A stretch of DNA of 32,000 nucleotides from Microcystis aeruginosa NIES-2549 (GCF_000981785.2 NZ_CP011304.1:2520001-2552000), one strand, 5' to 3'; positions 1 through 8,552 are shown, counted from the stretch's first letter. Notes: generated by a model not told the origin, from the letters alone. A program made the numbers and translations.

Positions 1-1579
1 GAAAACTGGTGATGATAATCCCTCCTCGCGCCCCCGTTTTCGTCCCTACAAAAGTTTGTTAACTTGGGCTTTACGTCATCGAATCCTGACTTTATTGGCG
101 GCTTTGGCCTTTTTTATCGGTAGTTTACAGTTAGTTCCCTTGATTCCAAAAGGGTTATTTAGTTCTGGGGATACTGGATTAAGTACCATAAGCCTAGAAT
201 TGCCTCCCGGTGCGACTTTGAATGATACTGTTGCCGTGGCCAATCAGGTGAATAGTTTACTGCAAAAAAATCCCGCCGTCGCTAATGTTTTGGCTATTCC
301 GGGAGATTCGGGACGGGTAAATACGGGGTTAATATATGTTAATTTAGTTCCTAAGGAACAGCGATCGCTAACTCAACGGCAATTTGAGGAACAAACCCGT
401 CGGGATTTCCAGAAGATACCGGGAGCAAGAGTGACTTTTCGGGCGCAGGGGGGAGCAGGAAGTAGCAAAGATGTGGCTATTGTCCTAAAAAGTGAAAATG
501 GCGATATTTTAACCCAAACTGCCCAAAAATTAGAGCGAGAAATGCGGGCTTTACCCGGTTTTGTCGAGGTCAGTTCCGGGGTAAGTTTAGTTAAACCGGA
601 GATTATTATTCAACCGGATCCAGTCCGGGCTGCTGATCAGGGAGTCTCGGTCAGAGCGATCGCCCGTACTGCGTCTTTAGCTTTAATCGGCGATAATGAG
701 TTTAATTTAGCTAAATTTAACCTTGCTGACCGACAAATTCCCATCCGGGTAAAAATTGCCAACGATGGACGCAGTGAGATAGAAACCCTGCAAAATTTGC
801 GGGTTCCTAGCAGTAATGGGACGTTAGTACCGCTTAACTCGGTGGCGACAATTAGCTTAGGTAGTGGACCTGCGGAAATTCAACGCTTTAACCGTCAACG
901 TCAGGTTAATATTGGAGCTAATTTAGAGGGAGTTTCTTTGGGAAGTGCGGTGACACAAATTCGCACTTTACCAATCATGAAAAACTTACCCCCAGAGGTG
1001 ACAGAAGAACCCTTTGGTGATGCTCGCATTATGCGCGATATCTTTGCTCGTTTTTTGGGGGCGTTAAGTTTAGCAATTATTTCTATCTATGGGATTCTGG
1101 TATTGTTGTATAACAATTTCCTCTATCCCCTAGCGATTTTAACTTCCCTTCCTTTATCGATTGGTGGTACTTTAATCGCTCTTTTAATTACCCAAAAAGA
1201 GTTAGGTTTATACGCTTTAATTGGCATAGTTTTACTGATGGGATTAGTCACTAAAAATGCGATTCTGTTAGTAGATTTTGCCCTGAGTGGCATTGAGTCA
1301 GGGAAACCGCAATTTAAGGCGATGATTGATTCGGGAGTCTCTCGTTTACGACCAATTATTATGACCTCCGTTTCCACAGTTGCCGGGATGTTACCGATTG
1401 CTTTAGCTTTGGGTGCAGATGGGGAAATTCGCGCACCGATGGCGATTGCTGTTATTGGTGGTTTTACCACTTCCACCCTATTAACTTTGGTGGTTGTGCC
1501 GGTAATCTTTACTTACATCGATAGTTTTTACTATTGGTTGCGGGGATTATTTGTTAAACAAAAACCCAAGTCGATTTAG
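1..1579 (+). CDS. RND (AcrB/HAE1-type) efflux transporter, C-terminal part; 5' end lies outside the window
   Basis: Frame 2 is open from the window edge (no stop before the listed start at 56) to TAG at 1577-1579. The translation shows periplasmic porter-like segments followed by a hydrophobic multi-TM block (GIVLLMGLVTKNAILLVDF, PIIMTSVSTVAGMLPIAL) typical of RND inner-membrane pumps. Confidence 0.85.
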   Translation, partial: KTGDDNPSSRPRFRPYKSLLTWALRHRILTLLAALAFFIGSLQLVPLIPKGLFSSGDTGLSTISLELPPGATLNDTVAVANQVNSLLQKNPAVANVLAIPGDSGRVNTGLIYVNLVPKEQRSLTQRQFEEQTRRDFQKIPGARVTFRAQGGAGSSKDVAIVLKSENGDILTQTAQKLEREMRALPGFVEVSSGVSLVKPEIIIQPDPVRAADQGVSVRAIARTASLALIGDNEFNLAKFNLADRQIPIRVKIANDGRSEIETLQNLRVPSSNGTLVPLNSVATISLGSGPAEIQRFNRQRQVNIGANLEGVSLGSAVTQIRTLPIMKNLPPEVTEEPFGDARIMRDIFARFLGALSLAIISIYGILVLLYNNFLYPLAILTSLPLSIGGTLIALLITQKELGLYALIGIVLLMGLVTKNAILLVDFALSGIESGKPQFKAMIDSGVSRLRPIIMTSVSTVAGMLPIALALGADGEIRAPMAIAVIGGFTTSTLLTLVVVPVIFTYIDSFYYWLRGLFVKQKPKSI

Positions 1580-1630
1580 TAGTAAAATATCTTGCTGAAA
1601 GCTTGAGAAAAAACCCAGAGAAACTAACCC

Positions 1631-2623
1631 ATGAATCCCTTGACAGTCACACATCAAACTCTATCCCTTCCCCCCATGGGCTGCGGTACTTGGGCCTGGG
1701 GAAATCGTCTTCTCTGGGGTTATGATGAGAGTATGGATAGCCAGTTACAAGCGGTTTTTAATCTCTGCGTCGAGCGGGGTGTCACCCTATTTGATACGGG
1801 AGACTCCTACGGGACAGGCAAGCTCAACGGACAGAGTGAGAAGCTATTAGGACGCTTTACAGGGGAATATAGCGGTTATAACGCTGATCATATCCGTATT
1901 GCCACCAAACTCGCCCCTTATCCTTGGCGTTTAACCCGTCATGCCATGGTGAAAGCTTGTCAAGCTTCGGCAACCAGACTAGGCCGCCCGGTGGATTTAG
2001 TGCAAATGCACTGGTCAACGGGCAATTATGCGCCATGGCAGGAGGGAGGATTATTAGACGGATTGGGGGATTGTCTGGAAAAGGGGTTAGTTAAAGGGGT
2101 TGGTTTATCTAATTTTGGACCGAAAAGATTGAAGTCTGCCTATCAAAAGTTTGCCAGTCGCGGCATTCCTATTACCAGTTTACAGGTACAGTATTCTCTC
2201 CTTTCTACCTATCCTCTCACTGACTTAGGATTAAAGGAACTATGTGATCAATTGGGTATTAAAATTATTGCCTATAGTCCCCTAGCTTTGGGGTTATTAA
2301 CTGGGAAATATCGAGATAATAAAAACTTACCCCCAGGATTACGTCGCTTCCTTTTTGGTCAATTAATTCCCGCTATTTCTCCTCTGATAAGTTGTCTAGA
2401 AGTTATCGCCCAAGCTAAAAATAAAACTATTAGCCAAGTTGCCTTAAATTGGTGTATCTGTAAGGGAACAATTCCCATCCCCGGAGCTAAAAATGTTCGA
2501 CAAGCTGAGGATAATTTAGGGGCTTTAGGATGGAGTTTAGACAGTGGGGAAATAGCAGAATTAGATAAAATTGCCGCAGGTTTGGATAAAAAAATGGTAC
2601 AAAATATCTTTCAAACTCAGTAG
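1631..2623 (+). CDS. aldo/keto reductase family oxidoreductase
   Basis: 330-aa ORF with ATG start. It carries AKR-like motifs (LFDTGDSYG, VQMHW, GVGLSNF, IAYSPLALGLLTGKY, IPIPGAKN). Confidence 0.85.
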   Translation: MNPLTVTHQTLSLPPMGCGTWAWGNRLLWGYDESMDSQLQAVFNLCVERGVTLFDTGDSYGTGKLNGQSEKLLGRFTGEYSGYNADHIRIATKLAPYPWRLTRHAMVKACQASATRLGRPVDLVQMHWSTGNYAPWQEGGLLDGLGDCLEKGLVKGVGLSNFGPKRLKSAYQKFASRGIPITSLQVQYSLLSTYPLTDLGLKELCDQLGIKIIAYSPLALGLLTGKYRDNKNLPPGLRRFLFGQLIPAISPLISCLEVIAQAKNKTISQVALNWCICKGTIPIPGAKNVRQAEDNLGALGWSLDSGEIAELDKIAAGLDKKMVQNIFQTQ

Positions 2624-2837
2624 GGTTGGCTGAAAAAGTTTGTTGGTGGGGTGTGGAACGAACCACAAAGACACAAAGGACGCAAAGATTGATCGCTTAT
2701 AAGTTAAACTTATCAGACAAAGAATAAGAGAGCCAATTTCCCCCCGATTACTCCAAGAACTGGCAATTTTTGAGGTCAAAAAAGCCTAAAGATATTGTCC
2801 AACAAGGTTTTTAGATTTATTCAGCAAACCCTACTTA

Positions 2838-4519
2838 GGGTTTGCTGAATAATGGTAAAAACCTTACAGGAAAGGGCTTTTAGCTTGATTGAGAGCTTCC
2901 CAAATGCACTTAAATCTGCTAGAATCTCTTAAAACCCTTGCATCACCCTTGCATCTTCTCTAATTAGTGCTAATGTACCGTAAAAGCGAGTTACCCTCAA
3001 CCCCACCAGAAAACTTCGAGCTGCCCTTTGAGGGGAAATTATCCCAAGACAATCGTTGGGTAATTATGGCCAACCTCATTCCCTGGTCAGAATTTGAAGC
3101 GGAATACGCATCACTTTTTTCAGAAGAAATGGGCACACCCGCCAAAACATTCAGGACAGCACTCGGAGCATTAATTATTAAAGAAAAATTAGGAACAAGC
3201 GATAGAGAAACGGTAGAACAAATCAAAGAAAATCCTTATTTACAATACTTCTTGGGGTTTTCATCCTACAGCAATGAACCCCGGTTTGAAGCGTCAATGT
3301 TGGTTCACTTTCGAGAAAGAATCACTCTGGAACTAATTAATAAAGTGAATCGCTTTATGGTCAAAAATTCGAGAGAAATAAAAGAAGAAGAAAACACCGA
3401 AAAAAAGTTAGAGAGCGAAACCCAAAGTCAACCAGAAAATCGAGGTAAATTAATTTTAGATGCCAGTTGTGCGCCCGCAGATATTAGTTATCCTACGGAT
3501 TTAAACCTGTTAAATCAAGGAAGAAAACAAACCGAAAAAATTATTGATATTCTCTATGAAACTTTAAAAGGAAAACTTGTTCAAAAACCGAGAACCTATC
3601 GTCTTCTAGCCAGAAAAAGTTATTTAGAAGTAGCGAAAAAAAGAAAACCTACCGTCAAACAAAGACGAAAAGCTCTGAAAAGACAACTGCAATATCTGAA
3701 AAGAAATCTCGACCATATTGAACAACTTTTAGCAGAAGGAGCCTCTCTACAAAGCTTGAAAAAAAGAGACTATAAACTGTTGTTAGTAGTCACAGAAGTT
3801 TATCGTCAACAACTCTGGATGTACCAAAATAACAAACAGAGTATTGAAGACAGAATTGTCAGCTTAACTCAACCCCACATCCGTCCGATAGTCAGAGGAA
3901 AAGCTGGAAAACCCGTAGAATTTGGGGCTAAATTCTCAGCAAGCTGTATAGATGGTTACATATTTTTAGACCGAATTAGTTGGGATAACTTTAATGAATC
4001 AGGAGATTTAAAAGCACAAATAGAAGCTTATTATGACTATACAGGATACTATCCAGAATCAGTTCATGTGGACAAAATTTATCGAACCAGAGAAAACCGA
4101 GCTTGGTGTAAAGAAAGGGGAATCAGAATCAGTGGTCCCCCATTAGGAAGACCAGCCAAAAATGTTAGTAAAGAACAAAAGAAACAAGCTACCGATGATG
4201 AGAGGATTCGGAATTGTATAGAGGGCAAATTTGGACAGGGGAAAAGAAGATTTAGCTTAGGTAAAGTGATGGCTAAACTTCCTCATACTTCCTTTTCAGC
4301 GATTGCTATTACTTTTTTAGTCATGAATCTTTCTAACCTGTTGAGGCAGGTTTTTTGGGCTTTTTTATGTCTGAAATGGAAAAACAGCACTTTTTCTCGG
4401 TCAATGATTAGGATAAGTTATAACTTAAAAATTAATCAACAACTAAAGCTTATGCTTGTAGCTAAGTGAAATCATTGATTAAGAGACCTGTACTTTTCAA
4501 TGACTTTTTCAGCAAACCC
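2838..4519 (+). mobile_element. IS5/IS1182-like insertion sequence (about 1.68 kb) with 12-14 bp terminal inverted repeats
   Basis: GGGTTTGCTGAA at 2838-2849 and its reverse complement TTCAGCAAACCC at 4508-4519 bracket a single DDE transposase ORF. TACTTA occurs immediately outside both ends (2832-2837 and 4520-4525), which could be a target duplication. Confidence 0.6.
2973..4469 (+). CDS. IS5-family-like DDE transposase (InsH/DUF772-type N-terminal domain)
   Basis: ORF of about 498 aa from ATG 2973 (the track starts at GTG 2967). The N-terminus (NRWVIMANLIPWSEFEAEYASLF, FRTALGALIIKEKLGTSDRETVEQIKENPYLQYFLGF) matches the transposase N-terminal domain of IS5/IS1182-type elements. The C-terminal half has DDE-like segments (LDASCAPADISYPTD, VHVDKIY). 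Confidence 0.8.
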   Translation: MYRKSELPSTPPENFELPFEGKLSQDNRWVIMANLIPWSEFEAEYASLFSEEMGTPAKTFRTALGALIIKEKLGTSDRETVEQIKENPYLQYFLGFSSYSNEPRFEASMLVHFRERITLELINKVNRFMVKNSREIKEEENTEKKLESETQSQPENRGKLILDASCAPADISYPTDLNLLNQGRKQTEKIIDILYETLKGKLVQKPRTYRLLARKSYLEVAKKRKPTVKQRRKALKRQLQYLKRNLDHIEQLLAEGASLQSLKKRDYKLLLVVTEVYRQQLWMYQNNKQSIEDRIVSLTQPHIRPIVRGKAGKPVEFGAKFSASCIDGYIFLDRISWDNFNESGDLKAQIEAYYDYTGYYPESVHVDKIYRTRENRAWCKERGIRISGPPLGRPAKNVSKEQKKQATDDERIRNCIEGKFGQGKRRFSLGKVMAKLPHTSFSAIAITFLVMNLSNLLRQVFWAFLCLKWKNSTFSRSMIRISYNLKINQQLKLMLVAK

Positions 4520-5367
4520 TACTTATCTTGAGAGACCAATTTTAAGCTAGGACGGGGTTGGATTGTTCCCCCGTAAGCGACGGCAGTATGAGGAGATAGG
4601 ACAAGATGAGGAGATATACCCAGGGAAATTCGATAAATTTCCCCAGCTTTATCCATTAATTGCTGTTTAACTGGCTCTTTCGGCAAATTTTGCCGCCAAG
4701 CTAGGGGAATCCCCTCGATACCGTTGTATAATCCCGCCCAAATTCCCGCTAAAGTGCTGGTTAATTGCCGTTGATAGGGACTAGAATTAGCGCGACGCAC
4801 GCTCACGGCGAAATCCTCGCTCGTTTGCAGAAAGGTATAGAGAGAAGCTGCGATCGCAATTCCTAAAGGTGAGCTATCTTTCGCCCAAGCCGATAAAATG
4901 GACTCTAGGGGACGATTTTGCCTTAAAGCTGACTGAATCTGCTCTAATAGCTTATTCTTGGGGTTAATAGTTAGTAATTGCCCCATTAACTGATTTAAAG
5001 GCCTTTTTCCCTGTAATAACAGACCCACTGCCTCTCCCCAAATTATCGCTTCTTGTCGGGTTAACTCGGAAATTAAGCCCTTTTTTAGCCAAAAATTTAA
5101 TCTAGCTTGCCAACGTTCCCCATGGTCAGGCCAGGTTAAAATCTCCGGCAACAGCACAAATAATAACGCCGATTCCGACCGCTCCTTAGCTGCGATCGCA
5201 AGGGAAAAATCCTCCTGAGATTGCAGAGCTTGCAAAAGCAGGGTCGTCCTTGGTGTAGCCTCATAGTTAAAGGCTGGTATTAGGGGTTGATTATGCAAGG
5301 ATTCCCCAATATATGCCCCGATTAACCCTCCCTGAAGGCGATCAAGGGGTGAAAAGACCTTTTGCAT
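4519..5367 (-). CDS. hypothetical protein, ADP-ribosylglycohydrolase-family-like but with degenerate catalytic motifs
   Basis: 282-aa ORF. The N-terminal LDRLQGGLIGAYIGESL resembles the ARH motif (G-x-GDALG). The C-terminal LAGIWAGLYNGIEGIPLAW resembles the ARH C-terminal helix, but the GGDTDT metal-binding motif is absent. The stop codon TAG (4519-4521) overlaps the IS end. Confidence 0.45.
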   Translation of the reverse strand: MQKVFSPLDRLQGGLIGAYIGESLHNQPLIPAFNYEATPRTTLLLQALQSQEDFSLAIAAKERSESALLFVLLPEILTWPDHGERWQARLNFWLKKGLISELTRQEAIIWGEAVGLLLQGKRPLNQLMGQLLTINPKNKLLEQIQSALRQNRPLESILSAWAKDSSPLGIAIAASLYTFLQTSEDFAVSVRRANSSPYQRQLTSTLAGIWAGLYNGIEGIPLAWRQNLPKEPVKQQLMDKAGEIYRISLGISPHLVLSPHTAVAYGGTIQPRPSLKLVSQDK

Positions 5368-5375
5368 AAATTAGC

Positions 5376-6137
5376 TCAATTTGCCCGGTAGGTTACTTCC
5401 CCGACTTTGCCCGGTTGCCCCAGTTGTTTAGCATTGGCGTTATTAACGGCAACGTAAACCCCGCCAGCATTACCCGCTCTCACGGTTAATTCCCGGTTTG
5501 CTTGCCAAGTGCGATGGGTTCCCTGGGGCAGCACACCCTCAAATTCTGTCTTGCCATCCACCACCACCCGCAGCCAGCAGTCATCTTCCAGTTTTACCCC
5601 CACCACCAGCTGCTGATTATTACTGGTTTTGTTGGCTACCGGTTGAAGGGGATTGCTTTTCGGTTGGACAATTTGCTGTTGTGGCAAGGAAGGCGGCGGT
5701 AAGCGATTCGATTGCAGTACCGATTTTTGCAGGACGTGGGATAGGGTTTGTACGGAACCAATAACTAGGATTAAATAGAGAAAATAGAGATGAATCGGGC
5801 GAATTTGAAGACTCGGCAGCGATAAAGATGGTTTTGTTCCCCTAAAAAAGTTATTGACCTTGGTGGGAAAACGTCGGCTAACCGTCTCACCATCCAGGGA
5901 CAGACTATCAGCAAATTGTTTGATTAACCAACGAATATAAATCGGTTCGGGCAATGCCTCCAAATCCCCCGCTTCCAGTGCTTCTAGGCGATGGCGCGGG
6001 ATTAAGGTTTTCTGGGCAATTTCCTCGAGAGAAAGGGACTGTTCTAGGCGATTTTTTTGCAAATAAACGCCGATTTCCAGTAATTTGGTTCGCTGTTTAT
6101 GCTGGGGATCAAGTTGTGATTGGAGAAGGCGAAACAT
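5376..6137 (-). CDS. RodZ-like helix-turn-helix protein with C-terminal DUF4115-type domain
   Basis: 253-aa ORF. It has an N-terminal HTH region (LSLEEIAQKTLIPRHRLEALEAGD), a central hydrophobic TM segment (IHLYFLYLILVIGSV), a P/Q-rich linker and a C-terminal beta-rich domain (CWLRVVVDGKTEFEGVLPQG...VRAGNAGGV). Confidence 0.7.
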   Translation of the reverse strand: MFRLLQSQLDPQHKQRTKLLEIGVYLQKNRLEQSLSLEEIAQKTLIPRHRLEALEAGDLEALPEPIYIRWLIKQFADSLSLDGETVSRRFPTKVNNFFRGTKPSLSLPSLQIRPIHLYFLYLILVIGSVQTLSHVLQKSVLQSNRLPPPSLPQQQIVQPKSNPLQPVANKTSNNQQLVVGVKLEDDCWLRVVVDGKTEFEGVLPQGTHRTWQANRELTVRAGNAGGVYVAVNNANAKQLGQPGKVGEVTYRAN

Positions 6138-6163
6138 ATCGCTATTAGGGGCTGACTTTCAGC

Positions 6164-6910
6164 TTAGTTAATCTGGTTCTTTAAATATTTCAGTTCATCA
6201 AGGGTTAAAAAACGGTAATCACCCAAGGGTAAGGGGGAATTATTACCAGAGTTTAGTTGAATACGACCGATGGCACTGCGATGAAGTTTCAGGACGCGAT
6301 GGCCCAATTCTTCGGCTACAGAGCGAATCTGCCGATTTCTTCCCTCCACTAAAATAACTTCTAGTAGGGTTTTTTGGTCGGTTTGCTTGAGTATCTCAAC
6401 CTGTGCGGGTAAGGTTTTTTTTCCCTCTAAGAGGATACCTTCTCGCCAACGCTGGAGAGCAAGTCTATCAATCGCACCATCTAGCCAAACCCGATAGGTT
6501 TTGGGCAAATGATAACGGGGATGGGTGAGGGTGAGGGTCAGTTGACCGTCGTTGGTGAGGAGTAAAGCCCCAGTGGTGTTGATGTCCAACCTGCCTACGG
6601 GATGTAACCCTGTCTCGCTGGCGAGGGAGTCGGGCAAAAGGTCGATTACTGTCGGCCGGTTTTGTGGATCCTTACAGGTAGAAACCACGCCAATGGGTTT
6701 GTTGATCAGTATATACAATCTTTTGGGACGATTGGCCGGTTCAATTTTTTTTCCGTCTATCTCTAGGTGATCTTTTTCCGGGTCGGCTTTTTCTCCTAAC
6801 TGCACGATTTTGCCATTCCGTCTCACCCGGCCGGCTACGATCATCTCCTCCGCCCTTCTTCGGGAGGCAATTCCCCACTGGGCAAGGATTTTCTGGACTC
6901 TCTCCGCCAT
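6164..6910 (-). CDS. pseudouridine synthase, RsuA/RluB family (S4 domain plus catalytic domain)
   Basis: 248-aa ORF. It has an N-terminal S4-like region ([30 protein letters not shown]), the catalytic motif [17 protein letters not shown] and a C-terminal EGRNRQIR. Confidence 0.9.
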   Translation of the reverse strand: MAERVQKILAQWGIASRRRAEEMIVAGRVRRNGKIVQLGEKADPEKDHLEIDGKKIEPANRPKRLYILINKPIGVVSTCKDPQNRPTVIDLLPDSLASETGLHPVGRLDINTTGALLLTNDGQLTLTLTHPRYHLPKTYRVWLDGAIDRLALQRWREGILLEGKKTLPAQVEILKQTDQKTLLEVILVEGRNRQIRSVAEELGHRVLKLHRSAIGRIQLNSGNNSPLPLGDYRFLTLDELKYLKNQIN

Positions 6911-7059
6911 TTTTTTTTAGTTTTTAACCCTTTCTATCTCCTATTATAGGCATCCTAAAAGGGTTTTTTCGCCCAAATAGTGAAGAAAAACCGAATATCT
7001 CTGGCTGCCTCTTTGATTTTTTTTCTTTGAAAACTTCTCAAAAAAAGAGGAGTAATCCC

Positions 7060-7088
7060 TTGACTTGGGCGGCGGCTTCGGTTATACT
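7060..7088 (+). promoter_or_regulatory. near-consensus sigma70-type promoter, repeat unit 1
   Basis: TTGACT (7060-7065), a 17-nt spacer, then TATACT (7083-7088). An A-tract lies about 13 nt upstream of the -35 and could act as an UP element. Confidence 0.55.
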
Positions 7089-7253
7089 TTTCTTATAATG
7101 GGAATCTGTGCCTTTTTAGTTAGACTCTAACACTCCATTATATATAAAGTCTTATAAAAATATTATGGCAAAAAGCCCTGAAAAAAGCAAGCAAAATTTT
7201 GCCTCTTTGATTTTTTTCTTTGAAAACTTCTCAAAAAAAAGAGGAGTGACCCC

Positions 7254-7282
7254 TTGACTTGGGCGGCGGCTTCGGTTATACT
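7254..7282 (+). promoter_or_regulatory. near-consensus sigma70-type promoter, repeat unit 2
   Basis: TTGACT at 7254-7259, a 17-nt spacer, then TATACT at 7277-7282. The sequence is identical to unit 1. Confidence 0.55.
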
Positions 7283-7447
7283 TTTCTTATAATGGGGATT
7301 TGTGCATTTTTAGTTAGACTCCAACACTCGATTATATGTAAAGTCTTATAAAAATATTATGGCAAAAAGCCCTGAAAAAAGCAAGCAAAATTTTGCCTCT
7401 TTGATTTTTTTCTTTGAAAACTTCTCAAAAAAAAGAGGAGTGACCCC

Positions 7448-7476
7448 TTGACTTGGGCGGCGGCTTCGGTTATACT
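7448..7476 (+). promoter_or_regulatory. near-consensus sigma70-type promoter, repeat unit 3
   Basis: TTGACT at 7448-7453, a 17-nt spacer, then TATACT at 7471-7476. Confidence 0.55.
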
Positions 7477-7641
7477 TTTCTTATAATGGGAATCTTTGCC
7501 TTTTTAGTTAGACTCTAACACTCCATTATATATAAAGTCTTATAAAAATATTATGGCAAAAAGCCCTGAAAAAAGCAAGCAAAATTTTGCCTCTTTGATT
7601 TTTTTCTTTGAAAACTTCTCAAAAAAAAGAGGAGTGACCCC

Positions 7642-7670
7642 TTGACTTGGGCGGCGGCTTCGGTTATACT
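7642..7670 (+). promoter_or_regulatory. near-consensus sigma70-type promoter, repeat unit 4
   Basis: TTGACT at 7642-7647, a 17-nt spacer, then TATACT at 7665-7670. Confidence 0.55.
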
Positions 7671-7969
7671 TTTCTTATAATGGGAATCTTTGCCTTTTTA
7701 GTTAGACTCTAACACTCCATTATATATAAAGTCTTATAAAAATATTATGGCAAAAAGCCCTGAAAAAAGCAAGCAAAATTTTGCCGACAATTGTTAAAAA
7801 AGTCGGGCTAGTTTTGCTTACGGGGGGATATGACTTTAAACGGGTTATTTCTCGGTTATCCAAGCGGTTGAGAGAAGAAAGAGATCGGCAATTGATGGAA
7901 GAAATTGTAAATGAATAGAGAAAATCATGACTAATACATTTATCTGTGTTGATTTTAGTTTTATAAATT

Positions 7970-8066
7970 CTTGTAGGGTGAGTGTTTGCGGCGATAATCT
8001 CTGACAAAAAAACAAATTAATAATCGGCCGTAACGCCCAAATTTATCATCAAATTGGTGCGTTACG
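7970..8066 (+). repeat. partial copy of a MITE-like repeat (left flank of the hicBA cassette)
   Basis: CTTGTAGGGTGAGTGTTTGCGGCGATAATCTCTGACAAAAAAACAAATTAATAATC... aligns in direct orientation with 8550-8650. It ends at GGTGCGTTACG, just before the hicA stop codon. Confidence 0.7.
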
Positions 8067-8069
8067 TTG

Positions 8070-8276
8070 TCAAATATCATCTTCAGTTAATCCTGAATCT
8101 TTGAGAATACCTTTTAATGTTCCTATCGGTAAATCTCGATTTCCATGAGTTGGTATAACAATAATTGCAGAAACATTTTCTTTGATATAGATATAATGAC
8201 TTCCTTTAATTCTTGCCAATTTCCAGCCAAATCTTTCAACGACTTTACATAATTTTTTACCTGAGATTGACTTCAT
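8070..8276 (-). CDS. hicA: HicA-family toxin (mRNA interferase)
   Basis: 68-aa ORF with the HicA pattern (GKKLCKVVERFGW...KGSHYIY...IPTHGNRDLPIGTLKGILKDSGL). It overlaps the upstream hicB by 4 nt (8273-8276). Confidence 0.85.
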   Translation of the reverse strand: MKSISGKKLCKVVERFGWKLARIKGSHYIYIKENVSAIIVIPTHGNRDLPIGTLKGILKDSGLTEDDI

Positions 8277-8479
8277 ACAGAAATCTCCACTAATTGCTGA
8301 TTCTCTTTTCGATCAAGTAATTTTTTTTCATGAGAAACTTCTAACCAGCCTTCTATTGCCTCTTTAACCATGACCATCAAATCATCATAATTTTCTGCCC
8401 AAGTATGACAACCAGACAAAGCTGGTACAGTTGCACACCAAACATCATCTTCTTGCCAGACAACCACTTTGATATTCAT
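8273..8479 (-). CDS. hicB: HicB-family antitoxin (UPF0150-type fold)
   Basis: 68-aa ORF. Its sequence (VVVWQEDDVWCATVPALSGCHTWAENYDDLMVMVKEAIEGWLEV) matches the HicB N-terminal domain pattern. It sits immediately upstream of hicA and is translationally coupled to it. Confidence 0.8.
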   Translation of the reverse strand: MNIKVVVWQEDDVWCATVPALSGCHTWAENYDDLMVMVKEAIEGWLEVSHEKKLLDRKENQQLVEISV

Positions 8480-8552
8480 AATAAATATTTTTTATTGACT
8501 GAGATTTATTTTAATAATAACATAAACTTGTTTTTTTGTATAAGCCGATCTT

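Larger units (their letters stand above)
7007..7782 (+). repeat. tandem direct repeat, 4 x 194 bp, near-identical units
   Basis: Unit starts (GCCTCTTTGATT...) lie at 7007, 7201, 7395 and 7589, and the array ends at 7782, so the period is exactly 194 bp. Units 3 and 4 look identical. Unit 2 differs at several clustered positions just downstream of the promoter-like motif. Confidence 0.95.

Noticed and set aside
2960-3226. 88-aa minus-strand ORF over the transposase 5' end, and the 72-aa ORF at 2561..2779
   Set aside because: One is antisense to the transposase; the other spans the AKR 3' end and repeat-rich spacer. Neither has motifs.
5498-6148. Plus-strand ORFs 5498..5764, 5502..5702 and 5954..6148
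   Set aside because: They are antisense to the RodZ-like gene. Their Pro/Ala-rich translations reflect the complementary strand of its P/Q-rich linker.
7165-7257. 30-codon ORF repeated in each tandem unit (MAKSPEKSKQNFASLIFFFENFSKKRGVTP)
   Set aside because: The ORF crosses the unit boundary and ends inside the next unit's -35 box. In the last unit it is cut to 16 codons by the array end, and no ribosome-binding site is evident. It is kept only as an alternative within the tandem-repeat finding.
7007-7782. CRISPR array interpretation of the regularly spaced repeats
   Set aside because: The units are contiguous 194-bp near-identical copies with no unique spacers between short repeats, and no cas genes are nearby.
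7720-8007. 95-aa minus-strand ORF
   Set aside because: It starts inside the MITE-like repeat and runs into the last 194-bp tandem unit. It has no recognisable domain and no ATG start context, so it is most likely spurious.
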